From an uncultured Caulobacteraceae bacterium (GTDB lineage Bacteria; Pseudomonadota; Alphaproteobacteria; Caulobacterales; Caulobacteraceae): a stretch of 64,000 bases of DNA. The notes under the pieces were generated by a model that searched no databases, was not told the origin of the DNA, and saw only the letters and a program-made list of their open reading frames with translations. The position numbers were made by a program, and so were the translations under genes. Below are positions 1 to 10,500 of this stretch, in pieces. Numbering within the stretch: the first letter of the stretch is position 1; each line of letters opens with the position of its first letter. Location of the stretch: the NCBI GenBank assembly GCA_903870555.1, contig CAIQDO010000170.1, positions 1,067-65,066 on the forward strand, written 5' to 3'.

Positions 1-93
1 CACCCTGGTCAATCGCTAGGCGCCGGGCGATTGCGCCCGCGGGACGGAAGCGAACAGTAGACCTCGCCCCTCCCCTTGGCCTAGCCTCGCGGC

Positions 94-2592
94 ATGACCT
101 CGCCCCCTTCCCGAACCGCGCCCGCCAACGTCCGCTCCCGGATCGCCCTGCCGTCGGAGGACGAGGACGTCGTCGCCCTGCGCCGCGCCCTGGTCGCCAA
201 GCTGGCCTATGCCGTGGGCAAGGACCCGATCGTCGCCAGCAACCACGACTGGTTCGTCGCCACCGCCCTGACCGTCCGCGACCGCATCGTCGACCGCTGG
301 TTCCGTTCGACGCGGGAGATCTACGACCAGAAGCGCAAACGCGTTTACTACCTGTCGATGGAGTTTCTGATCGGCCGGCTGCTGGCGGATTCCCTCAACA
401 ACCTTGAGCTCACCGAGACGATGCGCGCGGCCCTGGCCGAGCTGGGCGTCGATCTGGAGCGGCTGCGCGCCATCGAACCGGACGCGGCGTTGGGCAACGG
501 CGGCCTGGGCCGGCTGGCCGCCTGTTTCATGGAGAGCATGGCCACGCTGGGCATCGCCGCCCACGGCTACGGCATCCGCTATGACCACGGCCTGTTCCGC
601 CAGCACATCAAGGACGGCTGGCAGATCGAGGCGCCGGAAAACTGGCTGGCGTCCGGCAACCCCTGGGAGTTCGAGCGGCCCGAAGTGCTGTTCCACATCG
701 GCTTCGGCGGCCAGGTCGACCATAAGGAGGACGACGTCGGCATCGGGCGCTACCGCTGGCGGCCGGCCGAGGTGGTCGAGGCCCTGGCCTATGACACGCC
801 GGTGGTCGGCTGGCGCGGCAAGCACGTCAACACCCTGCGCCTGTGGTCGGCGCGGGCCCCCGATCCGCTGGGCCTCGAGGCGTTCAACCGTGGCGACCAC
901 CTCGGCGCCCTCGAAGCCCAGTCCCGGGCCCAGGCGATTTCCCAGGTGCTCTACCCCAGCGACGAGTCACCGGCCGGCGAGGAACTGCGCCTTCGCCAGG
1001 AGTATTTCTTCTCCTCGGCCGCCCTGCAGGACATCCTGCGCCGGCACATGGAGCAGTTCGACGGCGACGTGCGGAACCTCGCCGACCATGTGGCCGTCCA
1101 GCTCAACGACACCCACCCGGCCATCGCCATTCCCGAACTGATGCGGCTGCTGGTGGACGTCCACCGGCTGCCCTGGGCGGAGGCCTGGACGATCACCCAG
1201 GCGGTGTTCTCCTACACCAACCACACCCTGCTGCCGGAGGCGCTGGAACATTGGGGGGTGCCGCTGATGGAGCGGCTGCTGCCGCGCCACATGCAGATCA
1301 TCTACCTGATCAACGCCCTGCATCTCGACGCGCTGAAGGCCGACGGGCGGATCACCGAGGACGAGGTGGGGGTGGTGTCGCTGATCGACGAGTCCTCCGG
1401 CCGCAAGGTGCGGATGGGCTGGCTCAGTTTCATCGGCGCCCACAAGGTCAATGGCGTGTCGGCCCTACACACCGAGCTGATGCGCCAGACGGTGTTCGCC
1501 ACCTTCAACCGGATCTATCCCGACCGCATCGTCAACAAGACCAACGGCATCACCTTCCGGCGCTGGCTGATGGAGGCCAATCCGGGGCTGACGCGGCTGC
1601 TGGCCGAGACCGTCGGCGGCAAGGTGCTGGACGATCCGATGGCCCTGGCCGACTTCGCCGCCTACGCCGACGACGCTGGCGTTCAGGAGCGGGTGGCGGT
1701 GATCAAGCACGATCACAAGGTCGCCCTCGCCCGGCTGATCTCCGACCGGCTGCACATCAGGGTCGACCCGGACTCCCTGTTCGACACCCAGATCAAACGC
1801 ATCCATGAATACAAGCGCCAGTTGCTGAACATCCTGGAGACGGTGGCGCTCTATGACGCCATGCGGGCGCAGCCGACGCGCAACTGGACTCCGAGGGTCA
1901 AGATCTTCGCTGGCAAGGCGGCGGCCAGCTATCGCAACGCCAAGCTGATCATCAAGCTGATCAACGACGTGGCCCAGGTGGTCAACGGCGACCCGACGCT
2001 GCGCGGCCAGCTGAAGGTGGTGTTCCTGCCCAACTACAATGTGTCCCTGGCCGAGGCGATCATCCCGGCGTCCGACCTGTCCGAGCAGATCTCCACCGCC
2101 GGCATGGAGGCCTCGGGCACGGGCAATATGAAGCTGGCCCTGAACGGCGCCCTGACCATCGGCACCCTCGACGGGGCCAATGTCGAGATGAAGGAACGGG
2201 TCGGCGACGACAACATCTTCATCTTCGGCCTGAAGGCGGACGAGGTCGAGGCGCGGCGTCGCACGGGCATCAACGCCCGCGACATCGTCGACGGCTCGCC
2301 GATGCTGGCCCAGGTGCTGGAACAGATCAGTTCGGGGGTGTTCTCGCCATCCGACCCGACGCTGTACCGCGACTTCATCGCCGGCCTGGTCGACCACGAC
2401 CATTTCATGGTGCTGCCCGATTTCGCCGCCTACGCCGAGGCCCAGGCGGCGGTGTCGGAAAAGTGGAAGGATCAGGCGGCCTGGCGGCGGTCGTCTATCA
2501 TGAATGTCGCCAACATGGGTTGGTTCTCGTCGGATCGGGCGATTCGGGAGTATGCCGAGGACATCTGGGGAGTTCCGGTGTTGAAAGCTTGA
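94..2592 (+). CDS. glgP: Glycogen/starch phosphorylase
   Basis: 832 aa; ALGNGGLGRLAACF, NDTHP and PLP-lysine motif EASGTGNMK; first gene of glg cluster. Confidence 0.97.
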   Translation: MTSPPSRTAPANVRSRIALPSEDEDVVALRRALVAKLAYAVGKDPIVASNHDWFVATALTVRDRIVDRWFRSTREIYDQKRKRVYYLSMEFLIGRLLADSLNNLELTETMRAALAELGVDLERLRAIEPDAALGNGGLGRLAACFMESMATLGIAAHGYGIRYDHGLFRQHIKDGWQIEAPENWLASGNPWEFERPEVLFHIGFGGQVDHKEDDVGIGRYRWRPAEVVEALAYDTPVVGWRGKHVNTLRLWSARAPDPLGLEAFNRGDHLGALEAQSRAQAISQVLYPSDESPAGEELRLRQEYFFSSAALQDILRRHMEQFDGDVRNLADHVAVQLNDTHPAIAIPELMRLLVDVHRLPWAEAWTITQAVFSYTNHTLLPEALEHWGVPLMERLLPRHMQIIYLINALHLDALKADGRITEDEVGVVSLIDESSGRKVRMGWLSFIGAHKVNGVSALHTELMRQTVFATFNRIYPDRIVNKTNGITFRRWLMEANPGLTRLLAETVGGKVLDDPMALADFAAYADDAGVQERVAVIKHDHKVALARLISDRLHIRVDPDSLFDTQIKRIHEYKRQLLNILETVALYDAMRAQPTRNWTPRVKIFAGKAAASYRNAKLIIKLINDVAQVVNGDPTLRGQLKVVFLPNYNVSLAEAIIPASDLSEQISTAGMEASGTGNMKLALNGALTIGTLDGANVEMKERVGDDNIFIFGLKADEVEARRRTGINARDIVDGSPMLAQVLEQISSGVFSPSDPTLYRDFIAGLVDHDHFMVLPDFAAYAEAQAAVSEKWKDQAAWRRSSIMNVANMGWFSSDRAIREYAEDIWGVPVLKA

Positions 2593-4817
2593 AAACAGGA
2601 TCGCCGAACGGCTGGCGGCTCGGCGCGGACGAGGCGAACACCCTCGCGCGCGGACAGCACGGCGATCCCTTTTCCGTGCTCGGTCCGCATGTTGTTGGCG
2701 ACGGACTGGTCCTTCGCGCCCTCATTCCCGGCGCCGAGCGTCTCGAGGCCCGGGCCGATCACGCCGGCTGGAGGGTGATGCTGGACAGGCTGCACGCGGA
2801 CGGGGTGTTCGAAGGCCTGATCCCCGGCGCCGCGCCGCACGACGCCTATCGCCTGTTCGCCGCCAACGCCGACGGCGACTGGGTGGTGGAGGACCCCTTC
2901 CGGTTCGGCCCGGTGCTCGGGCCGCTGGACGACCACCTGCTGGTGGAAGGCGCCCACCGCCGACTGTTCGACAAGCTCGGCGCCCATCCGATGCCGCACG
3001 AGGGCCGCGACGGCGTGTTCTTCGCGGTTTGGGCCCCCAACGCCCGTCGGGTGTCGGTGGTCGGGGACTTCAACGCCTGGGACGGCCGCCGCCACCCGAT
3101 GCGCAAGCGGGTCGACAGCGGGGTGTGGGAGCTGTTCGCGCCCGGGCTGTCAGAGGGGGCGGTCTACAAATATGAGATTCTGCCGCGCCGGGGCGACGTC
3201 CCTCTGCCGCTGAAGGCCGATCCGTTCGGATTCGCCGCTGAGCTGCGCCCGTCCACCGCCTCGGTGGTGGCGCGGATCGACCGCTTCGTCTGGACCGACC
3301 AGGACTTCCGCGCCCGGGCCAGGGCCACCGATCCGCGGCGGGCGCCGATGTCGATCCTGGAGGTGCATCTGAGCTCCTGGCGTCGCGGCGCCGACGGCGC
3401 GTTTCTGACCTACGACGCCATCGCCGACTCCCTGGTCCCCTACGCCGTCGACATGGGCTTCACCCATCTGGAGCTGATGCCGGTCAACGAGCATCCCCTC
3501 GACGACTCCTGGGGCTATCAGCCGATCGGCCTGTTCGCCCCGACACGCCGGTTCGGCGATCCGGCGGGATTCGCCCGGCTGATCGACCGCGCGCACAACG
3601 CCGGGCTGGCGGTGATCATGGACTGGGTGCCGGCCCACTTCCCGGTCGATCCTCATGGCCTGGCCCATTTCGACGGCGAGGCGCTCTATGAGTACGCCGA
3701 CCCGCGCAAGGGTTTCCATCCCGACTGGAACACCGCCATCTACGACTTCGGCCGCCGCGAGGTGGTGAACTTCCTGCTGGCCAACGCCCTGTACTGGCTG
3801 GAGGTGTTCCACATCGACGCGCTGCGGGTCGATGCGGTGGCCTCAATGCTCTACCTCGACTATTCGCGCGAGGCCGGCCAGTGGACGGCCAACGCCCAGG
3901 GCGGGCGGGAGAACCGCGAGGCGGAAGGGTTTCTCAAGGCGCTCAATGTGCTCACCCATGGTCTTGGCCCCGGCGGCGTGACCATCGCCGAGGAATCGAC
4001 CAGCTGGCCGGGCGTCACCCTGCCGGTCCATGTTGGCGGCCTGGGCTTCGACCTGAAGTGGAACATGGGGTGGATGAACGACACCCTCGACTACATGTCG
4101 CTCGACCCGATCCATCGGAAGTACCATCACGACAAGCTGACCTTCGGGCTGATGTACGCCTTCAGCGAGAACTTCGTCCTGCCGCTCAGCCACGACGAAG
4201 TGGTGCACGGCAAGGGCACGGTGCTGTCGCGGATGCCCGGCGACGTCTGGCGGCAGTTCGCGGGGGTGCGGGCCTATTACGGCTTCATGTGGGGCTATCC
4301 AGGCAAGACACTGCTGTTCATGGGCCAGGAATTCGCCCAGCGCCGGGAGTGGAACTTCGCCGCCGAACTCGACTGGGGCCTGCTGGCCGACCCCGCCCAT
4401 GCCGGCGTGCAGGCGACCGTGCGCGACCTCAACGCCCTCCACCGCCGGATTCCGGCGCTGCACGCGCGGGACTGCGAGGGCGAAGGTTTCCGCTGGATCG
4501 TCGTCGACGACGCCCAGCAGTCGGTCGCCGCCTGGCTGCGGTTCGGCGGGGCGGACGCGCCGCCGGTGGCGGTGGTCTGCAACTTCACCCCCGAGCCGCG
4601 GTTCGGCTATCGGTTGGGCCTGCCTCACGCCGGACGCTGGCGGGAAATCTTCAATTCCGACGCCACGAGCTACGGCGGCTCTGGCCTTGGCAATCTCGGC
4701 GCCATCGCGGCCGAAGACGCCCCCTCGCATGGTTTCGAGGCTTCGGCCGAGATCACCTTGCCACCCCTGTCGACCGTCTATTTCCTGTTCGATCCGGTGC
4801 CAAACCGGCTAAGCTGA
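2589..4817 (+). CDS. glgB: 1,4-alpha-glucan branching enzyme
   Basis: GH13 motifs DALRVDAVASM, IAEES, SHDEVVHGK. Start placed at in-frame TTG 2589, overlapping the glgP TGA (TTGA), rather than 2463. Confidence 0.95.
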   Translation: MKTGSPNGWRLGADEANTLARGQHGDPFSVLGPHVVGDGLVLRALIPGAERLEARADHAGWRVMLDRLHADGVFEGLIPGAAPHDAYRLFAANADGDWVVEDPFRFGPVLGPLDDHLLVEGAHRRLFDKLGAHPMPHEGRDGVFFAVWAPNARRVSVVGDFNAWDGRRHPMRKRVDSGVWELFAPGLSEGAVYKYEILPRRGDVPLPLKADPFGFAAELRPSTASVVARIDRFVWTDQDFRARARATDPRRAPMSILEVHLSSWRRGADGAFLTYDAIADSLVPYAVDMGFTHLELMPVNEHPLDDSWGYQPIGLFAPTRRFGDPAGFARLIDRAHNAGLAVIMDWVPAHFPVDPHGLAHFDGEALYEYADPRKGFHPDWNTAIYDFGRREVVNFLLANALYWLEVFHIDALRVDAVASMLYLDYSREAGQWTANAQGGRENREAEGFLKALNVLTHGLGPGGVTIAEESTSWPGVTLPVHVGGLGFDLKWNMGWMNDTLDYMSLDPIHRKYHHDKLTFGLMYAFSENFVLPLSHDEVVHGKGTVLSRMPGDVWRQFAGVRAYYGFMWGYPGKTLLFMGQEFAQRREWNFAAELDWGLLADPAHAGVQATVRDLNALHRRIPALHARDCEGEGFRWIVVDDAQQSVAAWLRFGGADAPPVAVVCNFTPEPRFGYRLGLPHAGRWREIFNSDATSYGGSGLGNLGAIAAEDAPSHGFEASAEITLPPLSTVYFLFDPVPNRLS

Positions 4818-4850
4818 ACCCGTCGAACACCAACGGAATCAAAGACGGCC

Positions 4851-6104
4851 ATGTCGACCAACAGCGCCCCACTTTCGCGTCAGGCCATGGCCTATGTCCT
4901 CGCCGGCGGGCGCGGCAGCCGGCTTGAGGAATTGACCGACATCCGGGCCAAGCCGGCGGTGTTCTTCGGCGGCAAGTTCCGTATCATCGACTTCGCCCTG
5001 TCCAACGCCCTCAACTCGGGGATCCGCCGGATCGCCGTGGCGACGCAGTACAAGGCCCACAGCCTGATCCGACACCTGCAGCACGGATGGAGTTTCTTCC
5101 GGCCGGAACGCAATGAAAGCTTCGACATTCTGCCGGCCAGCCAGCGGGTGTCCGAGGAAAACTGGTACCTGGGCACGGCCGATGCCGTGTTTCAGAACCT
5201 CGACATCATCGAGGATTATGCGCCGCGGTTCATCATCGTGATGGCGGGCGACCACATCTACAAGATGGACTTCGAACCCATGCTGCACCAGCATGTCTCA
5301 CAGGGCGCCGATGTAACTGTGGCCTGTATAGAAGTGCCGAAGAAGGACGCGTCGGGCTTTGGGGTGATGGCGGTGGACGCCGACGACCTGATCACCGATT
5401 TTCTTGAAAAACCCGCCGATCCGCCGGCCATGGCCGGCCGTCCCGACACCTGCCTGGCGAGCATGGGCATCTATGTCTTCGACCTGACGTTTCTGGCCGC
5501 AGAGCTTAGACGGGACGCCGCCGACCCGCTGTCCTCACACGACTTCGGCAAGGACATCATTCCCAGGCTGGTGAGGGACGCCAAAGCCGTGGCGCACCCC
5601 TACAGCCGCTCCTGCATCCGCGCCACGCCGACCGCGCCGGCCTATTGGCGGGACGTGGGCACCATTGACAGCTATTTCGCCGCCAACATCGACCTGACCG
5701 ACGTGGTGCCCGATCTCGACATCTACGATCGGGCCTGGCCGGTGTGGACCTACAGCGAGATGAACGCCCCGGCGAAGTTCGTCCACGACCACCCGGGCCG
5801 GCGGGGCTCGGCGGTGGCGTCGCTGGTGTCCGGCGGCTGTGTGGTGTCCGGCGCGACAATCTGGCGGTCGCTGCTGTTCAGCAACGTGCGGGTCAATTCC
5901 TACGCCCATCTGGAGCTTACCGTGGTCCTGCCCAACGCCAAGATCGGACGGTCGGCGCGGCTGCGCAACGTCATCGTCGACCGGGGCGTCAAGATTCCCG
6001 AGGGGCTGATCGTCGGCGAGGACCCCTATCTGGACGCCAGACGTTTCCGGCGTTCCGAGGGCGGCGTCTGCCTTATCACCCAGAAGATGATCGACGCGCT
6101 TTAG
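4851..6104 (+). CDS. glgC: ADP-glucose pyrophosphorylase
   Basis: [34 protein letters not shown]. Confidence 0.97.
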   Translation: MSTNSAPLSRQAMAYVLAGGRGSRLEELTDIRAKPAVFFGGKFRIIDFALSNALNSGIRRIAVATQYKAHSLIRHLQHGWSFFRPERNESFDILPASQRVSEENWYLGTADAVFQNLDIIEDYAPRFIIVMAGDHIYKMDFEPMLHQHVSQGADVTVACIEVPKKDASGFGVMAVDADDLITDFLEKPADPPAMAGRPDTCLASMGIYVFDLTFLAAELRRDAADPLSSHDFGKDIIPRLVRDAKAVAHPYSRSCIRATPTAPAYWRDVGTIDSYFAANIDLTDVVPDLDIYDRAWPVWTYSEMNAPAKFVHDHPGRRGSAVASLVSGGCVVSGATIWRSLLFSNVRVNSYAHLELTVVLPNAKIGRSARLRNVIVDRGVKIPEGLIVGEDPYLDARRFRRSEGGVCLITQKMIDAL

Positions 6105-6140
6105 ACATGACGGGGGGCGACGCATGACGGTCCTTACCGC

Positions 6141-7598
6141 ATGAAGACGATCGAGGTCCTCGCCGTCGCCTCCGAAATCTATCCGCTGATCAAGACCGGC
6201 GGGTTGGCGGACGTGGCCGGCGCCCTGCCCGGCGCCCTGGCGGAGCATGGGGTGGCGGTGCGCACCCTGATCCCTGGTTACCCCGCCGTCACGGCCGCCG
6301 TGAAGGGCGCGCGAACGGTGAGGGCCTATGAGCATCTGTTCGGCGGCCCGGCGCGGCTGAGGTCGGCCACGGCGTCGGGCCTTCGTCTGTTCATCCTTGA
6401 TGCGCCACACCTCTACGCCCGGCCAGGCAGCCCCTATGCGGACGAGGGGGGCAAGGACTGGCGCGACAACCCGCAACGCTTCGCCGCTCTGGCCAGGGTC
6501 GGCGCGGACATCGGCCTGGGAGGGGCGACGGGCTACCGGCCCGACATCGTCCATGCCCACGACTGGCAGGCCGGATTGACGGCGGCCTATCTGCACTACG
6601 ATGGCGGGCCGCGCCCCGGAACGGTGATGAGCGTCCACAATCTGGCGTTCCAGGGACAGTTCGACGCGGCGCTGCTCGACGACCTGGGCCTGCCGCCCCA
6701 ATCCTTCACGCCGGACGGCGTCGAGTACTACGGCGGTATCGGCTTCCTGAAGGCGGGGCTGCGGCTGTCGGACAGGCTGACGACCGTCTCCCCCTCCTAC
6801 GCCGCGGAAATCTGCACGGCCGACGGCGGGATGGGTCTCGAGGGTCTGCTGCGCGGCCGGGCCGACCGCCTGACCGGCATCCTCAATGGCGTCGACACGG
6901 CGGTGTGGAACCCCGCCGCCGATCCGCTGATCGCGGCCCCCTACGAGGCGGAAAACCTGGCCGGCCGCACGGCCGACCGCGCCGACCTTCAACACCGGTT
7001 CAGGTTGGAGCCGGATCCCGACGCCACCGTGTTCGGCGTCGTAAGTCGTCTGAGCTGGCAGAAGGGCCTGGATCTGCTGCTTGAGGCCCTGCCCGCCCTG
7101 ATCGCCGAGGGCGGCCAGCTGGCGCTGCTCGGGGCTGGGGACGATGGGCTGCAACGGGGGTTCGCCGACGCGGCCCGCGCCCACCCGGGGCGGATCGGCT
7201 GCATTATCGGTTACGATGAAGCGACCGCCCATCGCATTCAGGCCGGCGCCGACGCCCTGCTGGTCCCCTCGCGATTCGAGCCGTGCGGCCTCACCCAGCT
7301 CTGCGCCCTGCGGTACGGCGCCGTACCGGTTGTGGCCCGTGTCGGCGGACTCGCGGACACGGTGATCGACGCCAGCCCCATGGCCCTCGCCGCCGGCGTG
7401 GCGACCGGCGTGCAGTTCGCTCCGGTGAACGGGCCGATGCTGGAAAGCGCCATCCGGCGGACCGCGCGGCTGCGGCGGGACAGGGCCATCTGGAAGCAGG
7501 TTCAGGCGAACGGCATGGCCACGGATGTCTCCTGGCGAGCGCCCGCGCGCCGCTACGCCGAACTCTACCGCGCCGTGATCGCCGAACGCGGCGGCTGA
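6141..7598 (+). CDS. glgA: Glycogen synthase
   Basis: [26 protein letters not shown]. Confidence 0.97.
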   Translation: MKTIEVLAVASEIYPLIKTGGLADVAGALPGALAEHGVAVRTLIPGYPAVTAAVKGARTVRAYEHLFGGPARLRSATASGLRLFILDAPHLYARPGSPYADEGGKDWRDNPQRFAALARVGADIGLGGATGYRPDIVHAHDWQAGLTAAYLHYDGGPRPGTVMSVHNLAFQGQFDAALLDDLGLPPQSFTPDGVEYYGGIGFLKAGLRLSDRLTTVSPSYAAEICTADGGMGLEGLLRGRADRLTGILNGVDTAVWNPAADPLIAAPYEAENLAGRTADRADLQHRFRLEPDPDATVFGVVSRLSWQKGLDLLLEALPALIAEGGQLALLGAGDDGLQRGFADAARAHPGRIGCIIGYDEATAHRIQAGADALLVPSRFEPCGLTQLCALRYGAVPVVARVGGLADTVIDASPMALAAGVATGVQFAPVNGPMLESAIRRTARLRRDRAIWKQVQANGMATDVSWRAPARRYAELYRAVIAERGG

Positions 7599-7599
7599 G

Positions 7600-10500
7600 A
7601 TGACTCCAGGGGCGACCGTGCGTGAAGGATCGCCCGAACCTCTGGGCGCCAGCGTCAACGCGGCAGGCGTCAATTTCGCGGTCTGGTCGGCCTCCGCCGT
7701 CGCCATCGAGGTGTGCCTGTTCGACGAAACCGGGCAGGTCGAGACGACCCGGCACAGCCTTCCCGGCCGGACCGGTCCGGTGTTCCATGGCCTGATCCCT
7801 GGCGTCGCCGCCGGCGCCCGCTACGGCCTGCGCGCCCACGGCCCCTTCGATCCAGCCAGGGGCCAAAGGTTCGATGCCGACAAGCTTCTGGTCGATCCCT
7901 ACGCCCTCGAACTGGACCGCTCGTTCGCCTTCGACGCCGCTCTGCTGGCGCAACCTCAAGGCGTCGATAGCGCGGCCATCCTGCCCAAGGCCGTGATCCG
8001 CGCGGCCGGCGATCTTCCCGGAACGCCCGCCCCCCCGCCCGTGATCGCCTGGGGCGAGATGGTGATCTACGAGGCCAGCGTCCGTGGCTTCACCCGCCTG
8101 CATCCCGACATCCCCCCCGCCCTGCGCGGGACCTTCGCCGGGCTCGGCCACCCCGCCGCCATCGCCCATCTGGCGGCTCTGGGGGTCACCTGCCTGGAGT
8201 TGATGCCGGCGGCGGCCTGGATCGACGAGCCCCATCTGGCGGCGCTGGGCCTGACCAACGCCTGGGGCTACAACCCCGTGGCGCTGATGGCTCCCGACCC
8301 TCGGCTCGCGCCAGGCGGCTGGGCCGAGGTCCGCGCGGCGGTCGACGCCCTGGCGGCGGCGGGCATCGAGACCCTCATCGACGTCGTGCTCAACCACAGC
8401 GGCGAAGGCGACGCCTTCGGGCCGACGGTCAGCCTGCGGGGCCTGGACAACGCCGCCTACTACCGCCTCGAACCGGACGATCCCGCCGTCTATGTTAACG
8501 ACGCTGGCACGGGGTCGATCCTGGCCCTCGACCGGGCGCCGGGGTTGCGGCTGGCGATGGACAGCCTGCGCGCGTGGCGACGCCTGGGCGGCGTGCACGG
8601 CTTCCGTTTCGACCTCGCCACGGTGATGGGCCGCCGACCACAGGGATTCGACCCCGCCGCCCCGCTGCTGGCAGCCATCGACCAGGATCCCGAACTGCGC
8701 CCGTTGAAGCTGATCGCCGAACCCTGGGATTGCGGCCCGGGCGGCTACCAGATCGGCCGGTTCCCGGCGGCCTGGGGCGAATGGAACGACCGCTATCGCG
8801 ACACCGTCCGCGGCTTCTGGCGCGGAGATCCCATCAGCCGGGGCGAATTGGCCCGCCGCCTGGCCGGCTCGGAAGATCTGTTCGCGGGTCGCCGTCCGTC
8901 GCGGAGCGTCAACTTCATCGTCGCCCACGACGGCTTCACCCTCGCCGACCTGGTCGCCTTCCGTCGCAAGTCCAACTCGGCCAACGGCGAGGACAACCGC
9001 GATGGCGCCGACGACAACCGGTCCTGGAACAATGGGGTCGAGGGACCAACGGCCGATCCGACGATCATCGCCGCGCGACGGGCCGACCAGAGGGCGCTGC
9101 TGGCCACCCTGCTGCTGTCGCGCGGCGCCCCGATGCTGTCGATGGGCGCGGAAACCGGTCGCACCCAGGGCGGCAACAACAACGCCTACGCCCAGGACAA
9201 CGCGACGGGCTGGCTCGACTGGGCGGCCCCCGACGGCGGCCTGACCGATTTCACCCGGCGCCTTCTGGCCCTGAGACGCGACCACCCGGCGTTGCGCGCC
9301 GATCGCTTCCTCACCGGCGCGCCGGGCCCCGCGGCGTTGCCGGATGTCGAATGGCGAACGGACTCGGGCGAAGCCCTGCGTCCCGCCGAGTGGGACGACC
9401 TCCAAGGCGAGACCCTGGTGATGGCGCTCGCCGAACCGGCCGGGGCCGGGCTTGACCGGGTCGTGGTGGCGCTGCATCGCGGGCCCGCGCCCGTGGAGAT
9501 CGCCTTGCCCGAGCCGCGCGACGGTTTCACCTGGCGGCTCGAGGCCGACAGCGCCGATCCGGCTCGCGTCTTCACGGTCGAGGGGGAGGCCCTCTCCATG
9601 GCGGCGCGATCGGTGGCGCTGCTGGTCGAGTCTCCGGCCCCGGCCCGCCGACCGAAAGGCGTGAGCGACGCGGCCCTGGCCAAGCTGGCCGCGGCGGCGG
9701 GCATAAGGCCGGCGTGGCGGGCGGCCGACGGTGTCGCGCATGTCGCGCCGGCTGACACCCTCAAGGCGCTGCTTGCGGCGATGGGGCTGGACGCGCCGAC
9801 GACCGACACCGCCCGCGACTCGCTGCGCCGGCTCTCGGAAAGCCAAGACCGCCGCCCGCTGCCCTTCGCCCTTACGGGCCGAACGGACGAGGCGGTGACG
9901 GTTATTTTTTCCGGAGCCGCGGCGCCGCCACGAACCTGGCTGATGATGGAGGACGAGGCCGGACAGGTTCGACGCGTCCGGGCCGCCGCTGGACATGGCG
10001 TGGACATGGCGATCCGGGCCCGCGACGGGGCCGAGACCCGCGGGTTGGCGGTACGGCTGCCGCCAGCGCAGCCGGGCCGCTACCGCCTGTGGCGGGAGGA
10101 CGATCCCGCCCACGACTGCCGACTGACGATCGCCCCGCCAGCCTGTCACAGGCCAGAAGCCCTGGCCGACGGACGGCGCCTGTGGGGATTGTCGGCGCAG
10201 CTCTACAGCCTCGCCCGGCAAGGCGACCAGGGGATCGGCGACTTCACCACGCTGGGAGACCTGGCCGCGGCCACCGCCGCACGGGGCGGCGCGGTGCTGG
10301 GGGTCAATCCCTTCCACGCCCTGTTCCCCGCCGATCGCGAGCGGGCCAGCCCCTACTATCCCTCCGACCGACGGTTCCTCGATCCGATCTACCTGGACGT
10401 CGAGGCGGCGCGCGACACGGACATCCCACCACCGACGCCGTCACAGCCAGCCCGGATGATCGACTACCCGGCGGTCTGGGCGCGAAAATCACGGAGCCTG

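Noticed and set aside
10-33. Hairpin CAATCGC-N10-GCGATTG upstream of glgP
   Set aside because: Short stem, no U tract, and upstream context lies outside the window.
9651-9663. Internal GTG start for a separate MalQ (GAAAGG-C-GTG)
   Set aside because: The SD-like sequence is only 1 nt from the GTG, too close to function; at most a relic.
7291-10317. Very long antisense ORFs (e.g. 7291-10317, 5535-7706, 17994-20588, 21049-22959, 46160-48451, 30574-32322)
   Set aside because: They lie opposite well-supported genes, translate to Arg/Gly/Pro-rich sequence without motifs, and are expected stop-poor shadows in high-GC DNA.
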